DNA of 63,923 nt, the filler included, from an uncultured bacterium (GTDB lineage Bacteria; CAZDME01; JAYEMH01), in NCBI GenBank assembly GCA_964506785.1. It is 5 parts of 5 records of this genome, joined end to end, with 100 filler letters (N's around TTAATTAATTAA, not from the genome) between each part and the next. Parts side by side here need not be neighbours in the genome. Positions count along the whole stretch, not along the records: positions 16,009 to 31,570 come from CAZDME010000030.1; 4 more parts are not named here. One strand, given 5' to 3'. Below the pieces are notes generated by a model, which was not told where the DNA came from, made no database searches, and saw nothing but the letters and a program-made list of their open reading frames with translations. Shown here in pieces: positions 19,780-29,662 of this stretch. A program made the translations under genes and the position numbers. The first letter of the stretch is position 1. Every line of letters begins with the position of its first letter.

Positions 19780-20737
19780 TTTTTGCTAAAACTGCAGCCC
19801 CGATTAATCCGCCGTCTTTACGGAATTGTCCCGGCACTAGTTTAAGATTTTTTCGATAGACTTTCATAACGTGGGTCTGTAAGGATTTGCGGATGGACGG
19901 GAAAATAAACTTTCCGGCAAAAGAGACCCCCCCGCCGACAATAATCAATTCGGGATTAAAAATATTGACCAGTCCGGCTAAAACCATTCCTATTTTTAGG
20001 CCGGCTTCTTTCCAGATTTCTTTGGATAAGGAATCTCCCCTCTCGGCTGCTTGTTTCAAAAGAAGGGGAGTAATACTCCTTAGATTGCCCCGGGCCATTT
20101 TTTTTAAAAGAGACCTCCTCCCTTTCTTTATCGCTTTTTGGGCGATACGGGAAAGATAACTATTACCGACATAGGTCTCCAGGCAAGCTTCTCCCCCGCA
20201 GTTACATTTTTTCCCCTTGCTGCTTACCGGGATATGGCCGATTTCTGCGGCGGTGAATTTTCCCCCGTGAAAAAGCTCCCCTCCGACGATAATACCGCCG
20301 CCCACTCCGGTTCCTAGGGTAAGAGAGATTATGTTTGTTTTGCCTCTGCCTTTACCTAATTGCCATTCCCCTAAGGCAGTGAGATTGGCATCATTATCGA
20401 CGACAGTAGGAATTTTTAACCGGCGCTGGATAATTTTAGCCAAAGGCACATTCTTCCAACCCGGGATATTGGTCAATTCGTAAACAATTCCTTGGCGGTC
20501 AACCAATCCAGGGATGCCAATACCAATAGCGGCGATACTTTTAGGATGAAGGGTTTGAGCTTGAAGAATCTTATAAAATTGGGAAACAATTGCTTCAATT
20601 AAACGATTTTTCCCTTTATATTTTTTTGTTTCAAAGGTTGCCTTCTTAATAATCCTGTAATTTAAATCGAAAAGGGCCAGTTTTGTTATTGTCCCCCCAA
20701 TATCAATTGCAAATACATATCCCCGGCTCAAAAACAA
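19757..20737 (-). CDS. ROK family sugar kinase (glucokinase-like)
   Basis: IDIGGT, DNDAN, TLGTGVGGG, EIGH, CNCG...CLE. Confidence 0.92.
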   Translation of the reverse strand: MFLSRGYVFAIDIGGTITKLALFDLNYRIIKKATFETKKYKGKNRLIEAIVSQFYKILQAQTLHPKSIAAIGIGIPGLVDRQGIVYELTNIPGWKNVPLAKIIQRRLKIPTVVDNDANLTALGEWQLGKGRGKTNIISLTLGTGVGGGIIVGGELFHGGKFTAAEIGHIPVSSKGKKCNCGGEACLETYVGNSYLSRIAQKAIKKGRRSLLKKMARGNLRSITPLLLKQAAERGDSLSKEIWKEAGLKIGMVLAGLVNIFNPELIIVGGGVSFAGKFIFPSIRKSLQTHVMKVYRKNLKLVPGQFRKDGGLIGAAVLAKNVIRRKN

Positions 20738-20847
20738 TTTCCCCTTTTTGGCTCTTTGCTCATAGATTTTCGCTCATAGTCGTATTTCTTTTTTTTGCTA
20801 TCAGCCATGAGCCATTTGCCATCAGCCAATTAGCGTTATGCGCTAAT

Positions 20848-22395
20848 TCATCCCTTCCACTTTATATCGGCTTTTCTCTCTGAAATAAAGCGGCAAACCC
20901 GATTTCTGCCTAAACGTTTAGCCTTAAGCAGCATTCTGTCAGCCCTGTTGATTAAATCTTCGGCAGAATGAGCGTCTTCGGGGAAAGTGGCTGTGCCGAT
21001 ACTTATAGTAACTTTAATCTCCTGCTCATAAGCTTTAAAAACATGGTCAGAAACTGCCTGGCGGACCCTTTCCGCCACATAATAAGCGCCATCTTTCCAG
21101 GTTTCCGGAAGCATTATGACAAATTCTTCTCCGCCGTAACGGGCGACCAAATCTACCTCCCTCGTATTAGCATTGAGAATTTGAGCTGTTTCTCTAAGGA
21201 CCAAATCTCCCACCAAGTGGCCGTATTTATCGTTGCAGTCTTTGAAATAGTCTATATCGAGCATTAACACCGAAAGAAATAAACTTCTACGGAGAGAACG
21301 ATTCATCTCTTCATGCAGCCTTTCTAAGAAATGCCGCCTTAAGAAACACTGGGTTAAACTATCAAAAGTAGCCATCTCCTGAATACGGGCATATGATTTG
21401 GCAATTTCTAATTCCATGCTGAACTGAGGAGCTAAAACATTTAATTTTTCCAGACACTCATCGTAATTTACCGTCTCATCTTCTTTATAACAAAAGTTTT
21501 CTAAAGTTAAAGCTCCGATTATCCGGCCGCCGCTTATTAAAGGGACCCCGACAAATACACTAACATCAAGAGGAAACTGTAACCGTCTCAGGACTGTTTC
21601 TTCAGTAATTAAAACTGGCTCACCGCTTTTAACTATCTGATCCTTAACCGAAGAATTAAACCAGCTTTCCCAATCAGATTTCATTTCTCCGTTTTTTAAA
21701 TCAAAAAGTAAATAAGAAAGAAAATTCGGTTTTTTGCCTTCCCCGTTTTTTTGAATAAGTAGTTCGCCTTTTTCGAAATCGAACATTTTTTCTAACGTTT
21801 CTTTGACCATCTTCATCCTTGCCTGCAAATCAAGCGTCTGCTTCATTTTTTTTGTCTCTTCATAAAGCCCTGATCTTTCCTCAATGGCTGCCTCTAAATT
21901 TTTATTCGAGGCAGCTATCACTTTATAATTTGCCTTTAATTCGTCTAATCTCTCTTCTCCCCCTTCCGCCTCTAATTGGTATTGGTAATTGCTTCTCGCC
22001 CGGAAATGTTCATATAAAACGTAAATAGCGGTAGTAAAAATCGTGAAAAGGAAAAAAGCGAATAAATAGACATTTCTTAAAAACAAATACTTTTCGCCAT
22101 TCAGCCTTAAATCAAGAAGGAAAAAAGCTATAGAGATTAATAAAATAACGCCGGCAAATTCAAGCATCCCCTGAAAACGATAAAAATACAAAACAGCTAA
22201 AAAAGGCAAGAGCAGCAAAAAGAAAAAAAGGCTGCGCCCGACAATAGAATTTTGCCTGAAGACAAAAAGAAAAGCGACAAAAATCACCGCTCCCGTTACC
22301 GGTATCAGCCACTTTTTATTTGCCAGCCAAGTATCAAACAATTCAACCATTACTCTCTTTTTCCTATCAGCAGTGAGCCATGAGCTAAATCCCAT
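20848..22395 (-). CDS. Membrane-anchored GAF-GGDEF diguanylate cyclase (I-site present)
   Basis: N-terminal TM helices, GAF, DIDYFK, REVD-LVARYGGEEF. Confidence 0.9.
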   Translation of the reverse strand: MGFSSWLTADRKKRVMVELFDTWLANKKWLIPVTGAVIFVAFLFVFRQNSIVGRSLFFFLLLLPFLAVLYFYRFQGMLEFAGVILLISIAFFLLDLRLNGEKYLFLRNVYLFAFFLFTIFTTAIYVLYEHFRARSNYQYQLEAEGGEERLDELKANYKVIAASNKNLEAAIEERSGLYEETKKMKQTLDLQARMKMVKETLEKMFDFEKGELLIQKNGEGKKPNFLSYLLFDLKNGEMKSDWESWFNSSVKDQIVKSGEPVLITEETVLRRLQFPLDVSVFVGVPLISGGRIIGALTLENFCYKEDETVNYDECLEKLNVLAPQFSMELEIAKSYARIQEMATFDSLTQCFLRRHFLERLHEEMNRSLRRSLFLSVLMLDIDYFKDCNDKYGHLVGDLVLRETAQILNANTREVDLVARYGGEEFVIMLPETWKDGAYYVAERVRQAVSDHVFKAYEQEIKVTISIGTATFPEDAHSAEDLINRADRMLLKAKRLGRNRVCRFISERKADIKWKG

Positions 22396-23864
22396 CAGGC
22401 GGCGCAGACTTTATTCCGTCCTTCTCGTTTAGCTCTAAGCAAAGCATCGTCAACTTTCTTCATCAATCCTTCCCGGGTTATTCCGTCTCTGGGATAGGTA
22501 GCTACGCCGATACTTACCGTAATTCTTGTTTCTTTCCTCCTTACATAAATAACTTCCCTTTCCAAAGAAATTTGGATATCTTCAGCGATCTCGATAGCTT
22601 TTTCCCTTTCAATACCGGGAAGTATCACTGTAAATTCTTCGCCGCCAAATCGAAAAACCTTGCCTTTTGAGGCAATTTTTTGCCTAAGGAAAAGGGCAAT
22701 TTTCTTTAAAACGGTGTCACCGACAATGTGGCCATAGGTATCGTTGTAATCTTTGAAATGGTCGATATCAACCATTAACAGAGAAAGAGGTTTATGTTCT
22801 AAACTGGCCATTTTTAAATCCTTAACCAAAAGTTCCTCGAAATATCCACGCACATAAAGATCAGTCAAACCATCCACCGTAGCCAAATATTCGGTCCTCT
22901 GGTAAAGGCGGGCGTTTCTTAACGAAGCGGCGGCTAAATCAGCCAAAATAGACAAAAGCCGCAAATCCTCCACGGAAAAAGCCTCAGTTTTCAAACTACT
23001 CAGCCGCAAAAGTCCCAAAGTTTTGTTGCCTCTCAAAAACGGGTAGCTGATAATTGAATTTTCTTGAACCCTTTCACTATCCATTTGAAACCGAAAATCA
23101 TTTTGGGCATCGGTAATCAGAAGCCCCTGGCGATTCTGCACCACCCAGCGCTCGAAAATAGTCTCTTGTTTTAATTTTTCCTTTACCTCTAATGCCAATT
23201 TATTATTTTTAACTTCTCCCTCAATCCGGAGGATTAAATCCTCCCGCCCTTCTTTAGTTAAGAATATTTTGAGATTTTCGCCTTTTCCAATCAACTCAAA
23301 TAACTTAGCGGCCACCAGATTAAGTATCTCCTCAACCTTTATTGTATAACTCAAAATTTCGGCAATCTTGCTGAGTTGAGAAAATTTTTCGAATCTTTTC
23401 TTAAAAGCTAAAGTTAGAAACTTCTGCTTTTCGTATTCGTTTTTGAGCGTATTATAATCCTCGCGGACACGTTCAAGGTCTATAACTTCCTGGCTTTGCA
23501 TTTTTTTCTCTTTCCCTCTTTGCTGGTGGAGAAAAAAGATAACACCCGAGAAGATAACTAAATTAAGAAGAAAGAACGGATTATGAGAAATGAGGAAGGA
23601 AAAAAAACTGACCAGAGATGCAAGAAGGCTAAAGATGGAAGCTTCGTTAAATCCTAAAAAAAACCCGGCGAAAATGATTAAAACGGCAAAAGATGAGGTA
23701 ATAATCGGTAAAGCAACCTGGGAAAAAATAGTTTCCAATCCTCTGGCGACAATAATTAAGCGCAGCCAGACTATGGTTAAAGCAAGAAAAGCGATAATTG
23801 CCGACACCCAGCCGAAATAGTAATATAAGCTAGGGTTTTCCCTCTTACTGCTTTCAACCAACAT
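22395..23864 (-). CDS. Membrane-anchored GAF-GGDEF diguanylate cyclase (no I-site)
   Basis: N-terminal TM helices, GAF, DIDHFK, SKGKVFRFGGEEF. Confidence 0.9.
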   Translation of the reverse strand: MLVESSKRENPSLYYYFGWVSAIIAFLALTIVWLRLIIVARGLETIFSQVALPIITSSFAVLIIFAGFFLGFNEASIFSLLASLVSFFSFLISHNPFFLLNLVIFSGVIFFLHQQRGKEKKMQSQEVIDLERVREDYNTLKNEYEKQKFLTLAFKKRFEKFSQLSKIAEILSYTIKVEEILNLVAAKLFELIGKGENLKIFLTKEGREDLILRIEGEVKNNKLALEVKEKLKQETIFERWVVQNRQGLLITDAQNDFRFQMDSERVQENSIISYPFLRGNKTLGLLRLSSLKTEAFSVEDLRLLSILADLAAASLRNARLYQRTEYLATVDGLTDLYVRGYFEELLVKDLKMASLEHKPLSLLMVDIDHFKDYNDTYGHIVGDTVLKKIALFLRQKIASKGKVFRFGGEEFTVILPGIEREKAIEIAEDIQISLEREVIYVRRKETRITVSIGVATYPRDGITREGLMKKVDDALLRAKREGRNKVCAA

Positions 23865-23868
23865 AATA

Positions 23869-24972
23869 TTAGACTATCACCTCCTCAGTCGCTTGATCGA
23901 AAAGATGGATTTTATTCATATCAAAAACCATTTCAACCTCTTGATTCTCGATAGTTTGATTATTGGAATCGACGCGGGCAATGAAATCCTGCTGTCCGGT
24001 TTTCAAATGGAGGTAAACCTCTGAACCTATCGGCTCGACAATATCAACATTGGCTTTGATTGTATTAGTTTGATGGGCCTCATTGGAAAAAACCTTATCG
24101 TAAATATCCTCAGGGCGAACACCGAAGGCAACCTTCTGATTGTCATATTTTTCTATTTTGGGGGTGAATTTATCCAGCAATTTAATAGCGAAATCGCCGG
24201 AATCAAAAAAGAACCCTCCGTCTTTTTTTAGGATTCTCCCGTCAATAAAATTCATCGGCGGGCTGCCAATAAATCCCGCCACAAATTTATTTGCCGGGCG
24301 GTTATAGACATTAATCGGCACATCGATTTGTTGAATAAAGCCATCCTTCATAATGACAATCCGATCCCCCATGGTCATCGCCTCGACCTGATCGTGGGTG
24401 ACATAAATGATTGTTGCCTGCAGGCGCAGATGAAGTTTGCTTAATTCACTGCGCATTTGCACCCGTAATTTCGCATCCAGGTTGCTCAATGGTTCATCAA
24501 AAAGGAAAACCTTGGGTTTTCGAACAATGGCCCGGCCGACAGCCACCCGCTGCCTTTCTCCGCCGGATAGGGCGGCTGGCTTATTCTTGAATAATTTCTT
24601 AATGCCCAGGATTTCCCCGGCTTCGTTTACCCGCTGATTAATCTCTTTCCGCGGATATTTCTTTAATTCCAGGCCAAAAGCCATATTCCGATAAACACTC
24701 ATATGGGGATAAAGGGCATAGTTTTGAAAAACCATGGCAATATTCCGATCCCTTGGCGGCACGTTAGTAACTACCTGGCCATTAATGCTGATTGCTCCCT
24801 CTGTCGGCTCTTCAAGTCCAGCAATCATTCGAAGCACGGTCGATTTACCACATCCAGAGGGGCCGACTAAGATAATGAATTCTTTATCCCTAACCTCTAA
24901 ATTGAAGTTTTTAACCGCTTCTACACCATTAGGGAAAACCTTAGTTATTTCCTTTAAGCCGACATTAGCCAT
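23869..24972 (-). CDS. Carbohydrate ABC transporter ATP-binding protein (MsmX/UgpC/MalK family)
   Basis: GPSGCGKS, FQNYALYPH, LSGGERQR, DEPLSNLD, TOBE domain. Confidence 0.93.
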   Translation of the reverse strand: MANVGLKEITKVFPNGVEAVKNFNLEVRDKEFIILVGPSGCGKSTVLRMIAGLEEPTEGAISINGQVVTNVPPRDRNIAMVFQNYALYPHMSVYRNMAFGLELKKYPRKEINQRVNEAGEILGIKKLFKNKPAALSGGERQRVAVGRAIVRKPKVFLFDEPLSNLDAKLRVQMRSELSKLHLRLQATIIYVTHDQVEAMTMGDRIVIMKDGFIQQIDVPINVYNRPANKFVAGFIGSPPMNFIDGRILKKDGGFFFDSGDFAIKLLDKFTPKIEKYDNQKVAFGVRPEDIYDKVFSNEAHQTNTIKANVDIVEPIGSEVYLHLKTGQQDFIARVDSNNQTIENQEVEMVFDMNKIHLFDQATEEVIV

Positions 24973-25051
24973 TTTTGCTCCTTATTTATAATCATGAAAG
25001 CCCCTATAAATGCAGACTACCTGAAAATTATACCCTATATACCACTGAAAG

Positions 25052-26452
25052 TCAATTTTTTTTACCCGTCTCTTTTTGCTGCCTAAAGGCACGGGCAACT
25101 TCCCCGGCTAAATAAAGTGAGCCCGTAATAAGGATTAAATCCTTGATTTTGGCCTGGTTTAAAGCATATTTTAGAGCCTCTTTAACCCTTCCCTTAACCA
25201 CGCCGCTCCTGCCATATTTATTAAGGTTTTGAGAAATTATTTTAGCTGCCAGGGCCCGGCTGTTTTGGGGCTGGGTTATGACCACCCGATTAACCAAAGG
25301 AAGAAAAGCCTTTAAAATCCCATCGGCATCCTTATCTTTTAAACAACCAAAAATAAGAAAAGATTCTTTATACCCCCTTAATTTTTTCAAGGTTTTGGCT
25401 ACGGCAACAGCCGCCGAGGGATTATGGGCGCCGTCAAGTAAAACCATCGGCCTGGTAGAAATCAACTCAAGTCTCCCCGGCCAATAAACAGATTCTAAAC
25501 CCCTTCTGATTGCCTGACGATGAATTTCTATTCCGAAAAAACTCAGGCTTTCTACCGCCCCAATGGCTATGGCCGCATTTTCCGCTTGATATTCTCCCCC
25601 AAGAGACAATTTTAAATTTGAATAAATTCCCTTTAAGCCCTTAACCGTAATCACCCCACCCCAGGATTTAGGTGATTTGCCTTTGGGTTGAATAATTCGA
25701 AAAGAGAGAATTTTGATATCTTTACCAACTTTGATAAACTTTACCTTTTTCCGTTTACACCTCCCCTTTATAATCTCTAATATTTTGGGGTCTTTCTCGG
25801 CACTAATCACCACTCCCCCACCTTTTATTATCCCGGCCTTTTCTTTGGCAATTCTTTCTTTAGTTTTACCCAGGTACTCTGTATGTTCCAGACTGACATT
25901 AGTAATTACAGAAACCAGGGGATTCCCGATATTGGTAGCGTCCAACCGGCCGCCTAATCCCACCTCCATTACGGCAAAATCTACCTTTTTGGCGGCAAAA
26001 TAATCGAAGGCCAAAGCCGTTAAGGCCTCAAAAACCGTCGGCCCGTTTTTCTCTCTTTTTAATTTACTTATAACCGGCCTTGCTTTTTCTATCCCCTCGG
26101 CAAACTCTTTTTTGGATATAAAGGATAGTCCTTTCCCTTTTAAAATAGCCAGGCGTTCCTGCCAATCGGCTAAGTGAGGAGAAGTAAATAATCCAACCCG
26201 GAAACCGGCCGCCTCAAGGATATAGGCAACCATAGCCGCCGCTGACCCTTTGCCGTTAGTCCCGGCGACATGAATAATTTTAAGTCCTTTCTCGGGATGG
26301 CCTAAAAAAGCGGCCATCTCTTTGATTCTTTCCAGCCCCAGTTTTATGCCAAAACGCTGCAGGCGGGCAAGTTGACTCACCCCGTTAGAAAATTCGCCCG
26401 ACTTTTCTCTCTTCAAGTTAGCCCGTCCTTTCTTATTCCTAAATGTTTCCAT
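25052..26452 (-). CDS. folC: Folylpolyglutamate synthase/dihydrofolate synthase; native start (ATG 26528) separated by an inserted element
   Basis: AGTNGKGS, TSPHL, EVGLGGRLDATN, DGAHN, GSLYL. Confidence 0.93.
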   Translation of the reverse strand: METFRNKKGRANLKREKSGEFSNGVSQLARLQRFGIKLGLERIKEMAAFLGHPEKGLKIIHVAGTNGKGSAAAMVAYILEAAGFRVGLFTSPHLADWQERLAILKGKGLSFISKKEFAEGIEKARPVISKLKREKNGPTVFEALTALAFDYFAAKKVDFAVMEVGLGGRLDATNIGNPLVSVITNVSLEHTEYLGKTKERIAKEKAGIIKGGGVVISAEKDPKILEIIKGRCKRKKVKFIKVGKDIKILSFRIIQPKGKSPKSWGGVITVKGLKGIYSNLKLSLGGEYQAENAAIAIGAVESLSFFGIEIHRQAIRRGLESVYWPGRLELISTRPMVLLDGAHNPSAAVAVAKTLKKLRGYKESFLIFGCLKDKDADGILKAFLPLVNRVVITQPQNSRALAAKIISQNLNKYGRSGVVKGRVKEALKYALNQAKIKDLILITGSLYLAGEVARAFRQQKETGKKN

Positions 26453-26505
26453 CTTTCATGACCGTTTTGTAATTTGGGCGTTTGGCAGGTTTTTTTCTAA
26501 CGGGG
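26380..26505. mobile_element. Palindromic mini-element copy 1 (CCCCGTTAGAAA...TTTCTAACGGGG), 126 bp, in the folC 5' end
   Basis: 13-bp perfect terminal inverted repeat; flanks CTCA/CAAG (target duplication not preserved). Confidence 0.8.
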
Positions 26506-26530
26506 CAAGTTGCTTCAATGTAGTTCATTA

Positions 26531-27370
26531 TTAAGAGAGGAAAATTTTGAAGATTTTCGTAATGGTTGGGACTAAGTCTTTACGGGAGACGATAAGGTCA
26601 ACTAAACCATGTTGGAGCAAGAATTCCGAACGTTGGAAACCCGGCGGAAGTTTCTGCCGGATGGTCTGTTCGATAACCCGCGGTCCGGCAAAACCGATTA
26701 AAGCTTTAGGTTCGGCAATAATGATATCCCCTAAAGAAGCAAAGCTGGCCGTCACCCCGCCCATAGTCGGGTCAGTCATCAAGGATATATAAAGTAGTCC
26801 GGCTTCACTCAATCTGGCTACCGCCGCACTGGTTTTGGCCATTTGCATCAGCGACAGCACTCCTTCATACATTCTGGCGCCGCCGCCGGAGCCGGAAACG
26901 CTTATAAAAGGCACCTTTTTCTCAATGGCTTTTTCAATAGCCCGGGTTATTTTCTCGCCTACTACCGAACCCATACTGCCCATAATAAAATTAGAATCGG
27001 TGAGGGCGATTGCGATATCATAGGCGCCGATTTTCCCCTCACCGGTGATTACCGCCTCTTTGAGCCCGGTAGCTTTTTGGTCTCCGATAAGTTTATCTTT
27101 ATAAGCTTTTGTCCCTTTAAACTCCAGCGGGTCATTTGATTCCATCTGGCTATCGTATTCCTTAAAACTCCCTTTATCTAAAAGATAATCTATTCGTTCC
27201 CAGGCACCTATTCTGAAATGATAATTGCATTTCGGACAAACCTTGAAGTTTTCCCTCAGGCGTTTATTGAAAATAAACTCTTTGCAGTCGGGGCAGCGTA
27301 TCCAGAGCCCGTCGGGAATACCCCTTTTTTTAGGCTTGATAGGCGTATACTTTCTTTTAAACCAGCTCAT
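26531..27370 (-). CDS. accD: Acetyl-CoA carboxylase carboxyltransferase beta subunit
   Basis: CPDC/CPKC zinc finger, [29 protein letters not shown]. Confidence 0.97.
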   Translation of the reverse strand: MSWFKRKYTPIKPKKRGIPDGLWIRCPDCKEFIFNKRLRENFKVCPKCNYHFRIGAWERIDYLLDKGSFKEYDSQMESNDPLEFKGTKAYKDKLIGDQKATGLKEAVITGEGKIGAYDIAIALTDSNFIMGSMGSVVGEKITRAIEKAIEKKVPFISVSGSGGGARMYEGVLSLMQMAKTSAAVARLSEAGLLYISLMTDPTMGGVTASFASLGDIIIAEPKALIGFAGPRVIEQTIRQKLPPGFQRSEFLLQHGLVDLIVSRKDLVPTITKIFKIFLS

Positions 27371-27429
27371 TTTCCTCTCTTACCCCCGCCGTCAGCTCGA
27401 AGGTAGTTAGTAATCTACAAATAGCAAAT

Positions 27430-27681
27430 TTAGTCACGAAGTTTAGTAATTAATGGATGGAGCATCGCTTGGATTTCATCTACCTGAGTTATTCGTTTGC
27501 CAACAATTTCTTTTGTCAAAAAATTCTTACACCTGGCGTATCTGCCTTTAGTTTCACTTGCAGAACCGCGAGAAACTCTAAAAAAATATTTTAATTCCTT
27601 ACCTGCCTTTCTTCCATAGCCCTCTTCCATGTTGGCACATATAGAGTCTAAACTTCTAATTTGTTGTTTTGCTAATTCTCT
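27430..27681 (-). pseudogene. Four helix bundle (23S rRNA IVP family) protein, 5'-truncated
   Basis: RELAKQQIRSLDSICANMEEGYGR...SRGSASET; in-frame TGA immediately upstream at 27682-27684. Confidence 0.75.
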
Positions 27682-27691
27682 TCAATCTTTC

Positions 27692-27762
27692 CCACTGTCC
27701 ACTGCCTACTGTTACTATCTACTGTCCACTGTTAACTTTTTACTCACTGACTACTGCCCACT
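27692..27762. repeat. Degenerate period-7 array (ACTGTCC/ACTGCCT)
   Basis: actgtcc actgcct actgtt actatct actgtcc actgtta ... actgact actgccc. Confidence 0.75.
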
Positions 27763-27782
27763 CCTTCGCCAAAGGCGAAGGT

Positions 27783-27857
27783 TGGAGCTGACGAGTGGAG
27801 TTGAACCACCAGCCTGAGCTTTACGAAAGCCCTGCTCTGCCATTGAGCTACGTCAGC
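27783..27857 (-). tRNA. tRNA-Thr(CGT)
   Basis: Cloverleaf: acceptor GCTGACG/CGTCAGC, anticodon loop TTCGTAA, T-loop TTCAACT, encoded CCA. Confidence 0.95.
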
Positions 27858-27907
27858 AAATCTACCTTCATACTATACTGCCAAAAAATATGATTAGTGC
27901 TATTTAG

Positions 27908-28351
27908 CTAAATATTAACCTGTGGCCCTTTTGTAAATCCCTGAGCCCTTTTAAGGAAATCTTTAGCTGCTTTTAAAGCGAATTTAGCTCCTTCTTCCGA
28001 CCATCTATTATAATAATCAGCATCTTCTCTTAGCCTCTTACCTTTTCTAAGAGACTCAATTAAACTACCCGGGAGTAATCTTGTTTCTACATAAAGAGCC
28101 CGAAGGGCAACAATTAAACAGTAATGGCTTCGTTCTCGATAATTCTTAGCATACAGAAGAGCCCTGGCGGAATGGAACATGGAATAATAGGACTGGACAG
28201 TTGACCATTTGTAATTTTTATTGTTGAAACTTCCCTCGGCAGCTTCAAGGTCTTCTTGAGCGGTTTTAATATCCTTTGCCGCAAGCGCCTTACCCCGGGG
28301 GAATTCCTTTATCTTGTCTCTTTTCAAACACTTTTCAAATTCTAGACTCAT
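27908..28351 (-). CDS. HEPN domain protein (toxin of a HEPN/MNT pair)
   Basis: YYSMFHSARALL, SH, REDADY (RxxxxY); overlaps the MNT gene. Confidence 0.88.
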   Translation of the reverse strand: MSLEFEKCLKRDKIKEFPRGKALAAKDIKTAQEDLEAAEGSFNNKNYKWSTVQSYYSMFHSARALLYAKNYRERSHYCLIVALRALYVETRLLPGSLIESLRKGKRLREDADYYNRWSEEGAKFALKAAKDFLKRAQGFTKGPQVNI

Positions 28352-28880
28352 CCTTGGATTCCCACAGGGTTATGCCGTATTCTATCTCTTCAAAAAATAC
28401 CGGTTCTTCTTTTTCCATCTCCACAAACTGAGTCGAATTACGAACAACGGGTTGAAGATTTCCTCTAAGGCTGCTTTTCTTAATGTTTTCTTCGGTGGTT
28501 TTTGGACTATTGGTAAGAATGAAAAGGTCAATATCGCTATTGGCTGCGTTTTCTCCTCGGGCGCAGCTACCAAAGAGAACTATTTTCTGGGAAAATTCTT
28601 TCAGTTTCTCTATCAGCGGTTGTAAGCATACTACTGTTCTTAAGACCTTTAACTGTTTAATAACGGGATTATTATAGTCAACGGAATAAAGATAAATTTT
28701 CGCTTTTTTTTCCCGAAGGACGAGTTTTTCTTTAGCAAGCTTGCGGAGAGAAAAATTGACCCCTGCCCTGCTCACTTTAGCAGCTTTCTCGATTTCCTTG
28801 GCCAGGAATTGCTTGCCTGGATTTTGAATGAGAAATTCTAAGACCTTCTGGGCGTTAGTTGATATAAGGCTGTTATTCAT
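28335..28880 (-). CDS. wHTH-fused minimal nucleotidyltransferase (MNT antitoxin)
   Basis: N-terminal HTH; LFGSCARGE...SDIDL (GSx10DxD). Confidence 0.88.
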   Translation of the reverse strand: MNNSLISTNAQKVLEFLIQNPGKQFLAKEIEKAAKVSRAGVNFSLRKLAKEKLVLREKKAKIYLYSVDYNNPVIKQLKVLRTVVCLQPLIEKLKEFSQKIVLFGSCARGENAANSDIDLFILTNSPKTTEENIKKSSLRGNLQPVVRNSTQFVEMEKEEPVFFEEIEYGITLWESKDESRI

Positions 28881-28908
28881 ATAAAGTTCCAGTGTTCTAT
28901 CTAAAAAA

Positions 28909-28954
28909 TTAGATGTACATCTAAAATAATATATGATTGCCCAAGAGATGTCAA
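28909..28954 (-). promoter_or_regulatory. Sigma70 promoter plus palindromic operator of the MNT-HEPN operon
   Basis: Minus-strand TTGACA-17-TATTAT; perfect palindrome TTAGATGTACATCTAA at 28909-28924. Confidence 0.7.
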
Positions 28955-29511
28955 GAAGTTTTTCTCGCCGCGTTTACCTTTAAAAACACCAAACTTGACA
29001 TCAATATATCAAAATATCCCCCAAAGTCAACTAAAAACTCAAAAGCTCAGCTTATTAACCCCTCCTTTGAAATAAAACATATATTCAATTTTTTGTAGCC
29101 TATATTTTATACCTAAACTCAAAGAAACTTATCTTTGACAATAAACCAAATCTATCTTAAAATGTAGCCGCACGGACAAATTTTATGAAAAAACTAACCC
29201 TAATCTTAAGCCTTATTCTCCTCTTCTCTTTCATCTCCATCCCGCCCAATTATAGGATATCCGATATCCTATAATTTTAGCGGCGAATAAATCAAATTAC
29301 CTATCTATCCCTCCGCAGATTTCTTCGAAATCTAAGCGCTGAAGCCCCCTCCCTTACCAATCCAGCCAGCTTTCTGCCTGTCTTTTCTGCTATCTCCCTT
29401 AGGCAGAGTATCATAGTTTTCCTAACCTAATTTAGTCCCAAAATAAAAATTCGGCCTTCTAAACAACTTGGCCGAAACCTTCCCCACCTTCTATCCCCGG
29501 GCTGAGCTTTA

Positions 29512-29593
29512 CACCGGTAGAAACCCTTATCTGCCGTCAGAGAAGTCCGCCGAAAGCATGGTGCCTATTTGCGGTGGATTATTTCTAACGGGG
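29512..29593. mobile_element. Palindromic mini-element copy 2 (82 bp, intergenic, degenerate left end)
   Basis: TTTA-CACCGGTAGAAA...TTTCTAACGGGG-TTTA (4-bp duplication). Confidence 0.7.
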
Positions 29594-29662
29594 TTTACTA
29601 CCCCCCTCCTGCCATTAAGCGGCAAATACCGGACTAAAAGACAACACAATGCTTTTAGCCAT

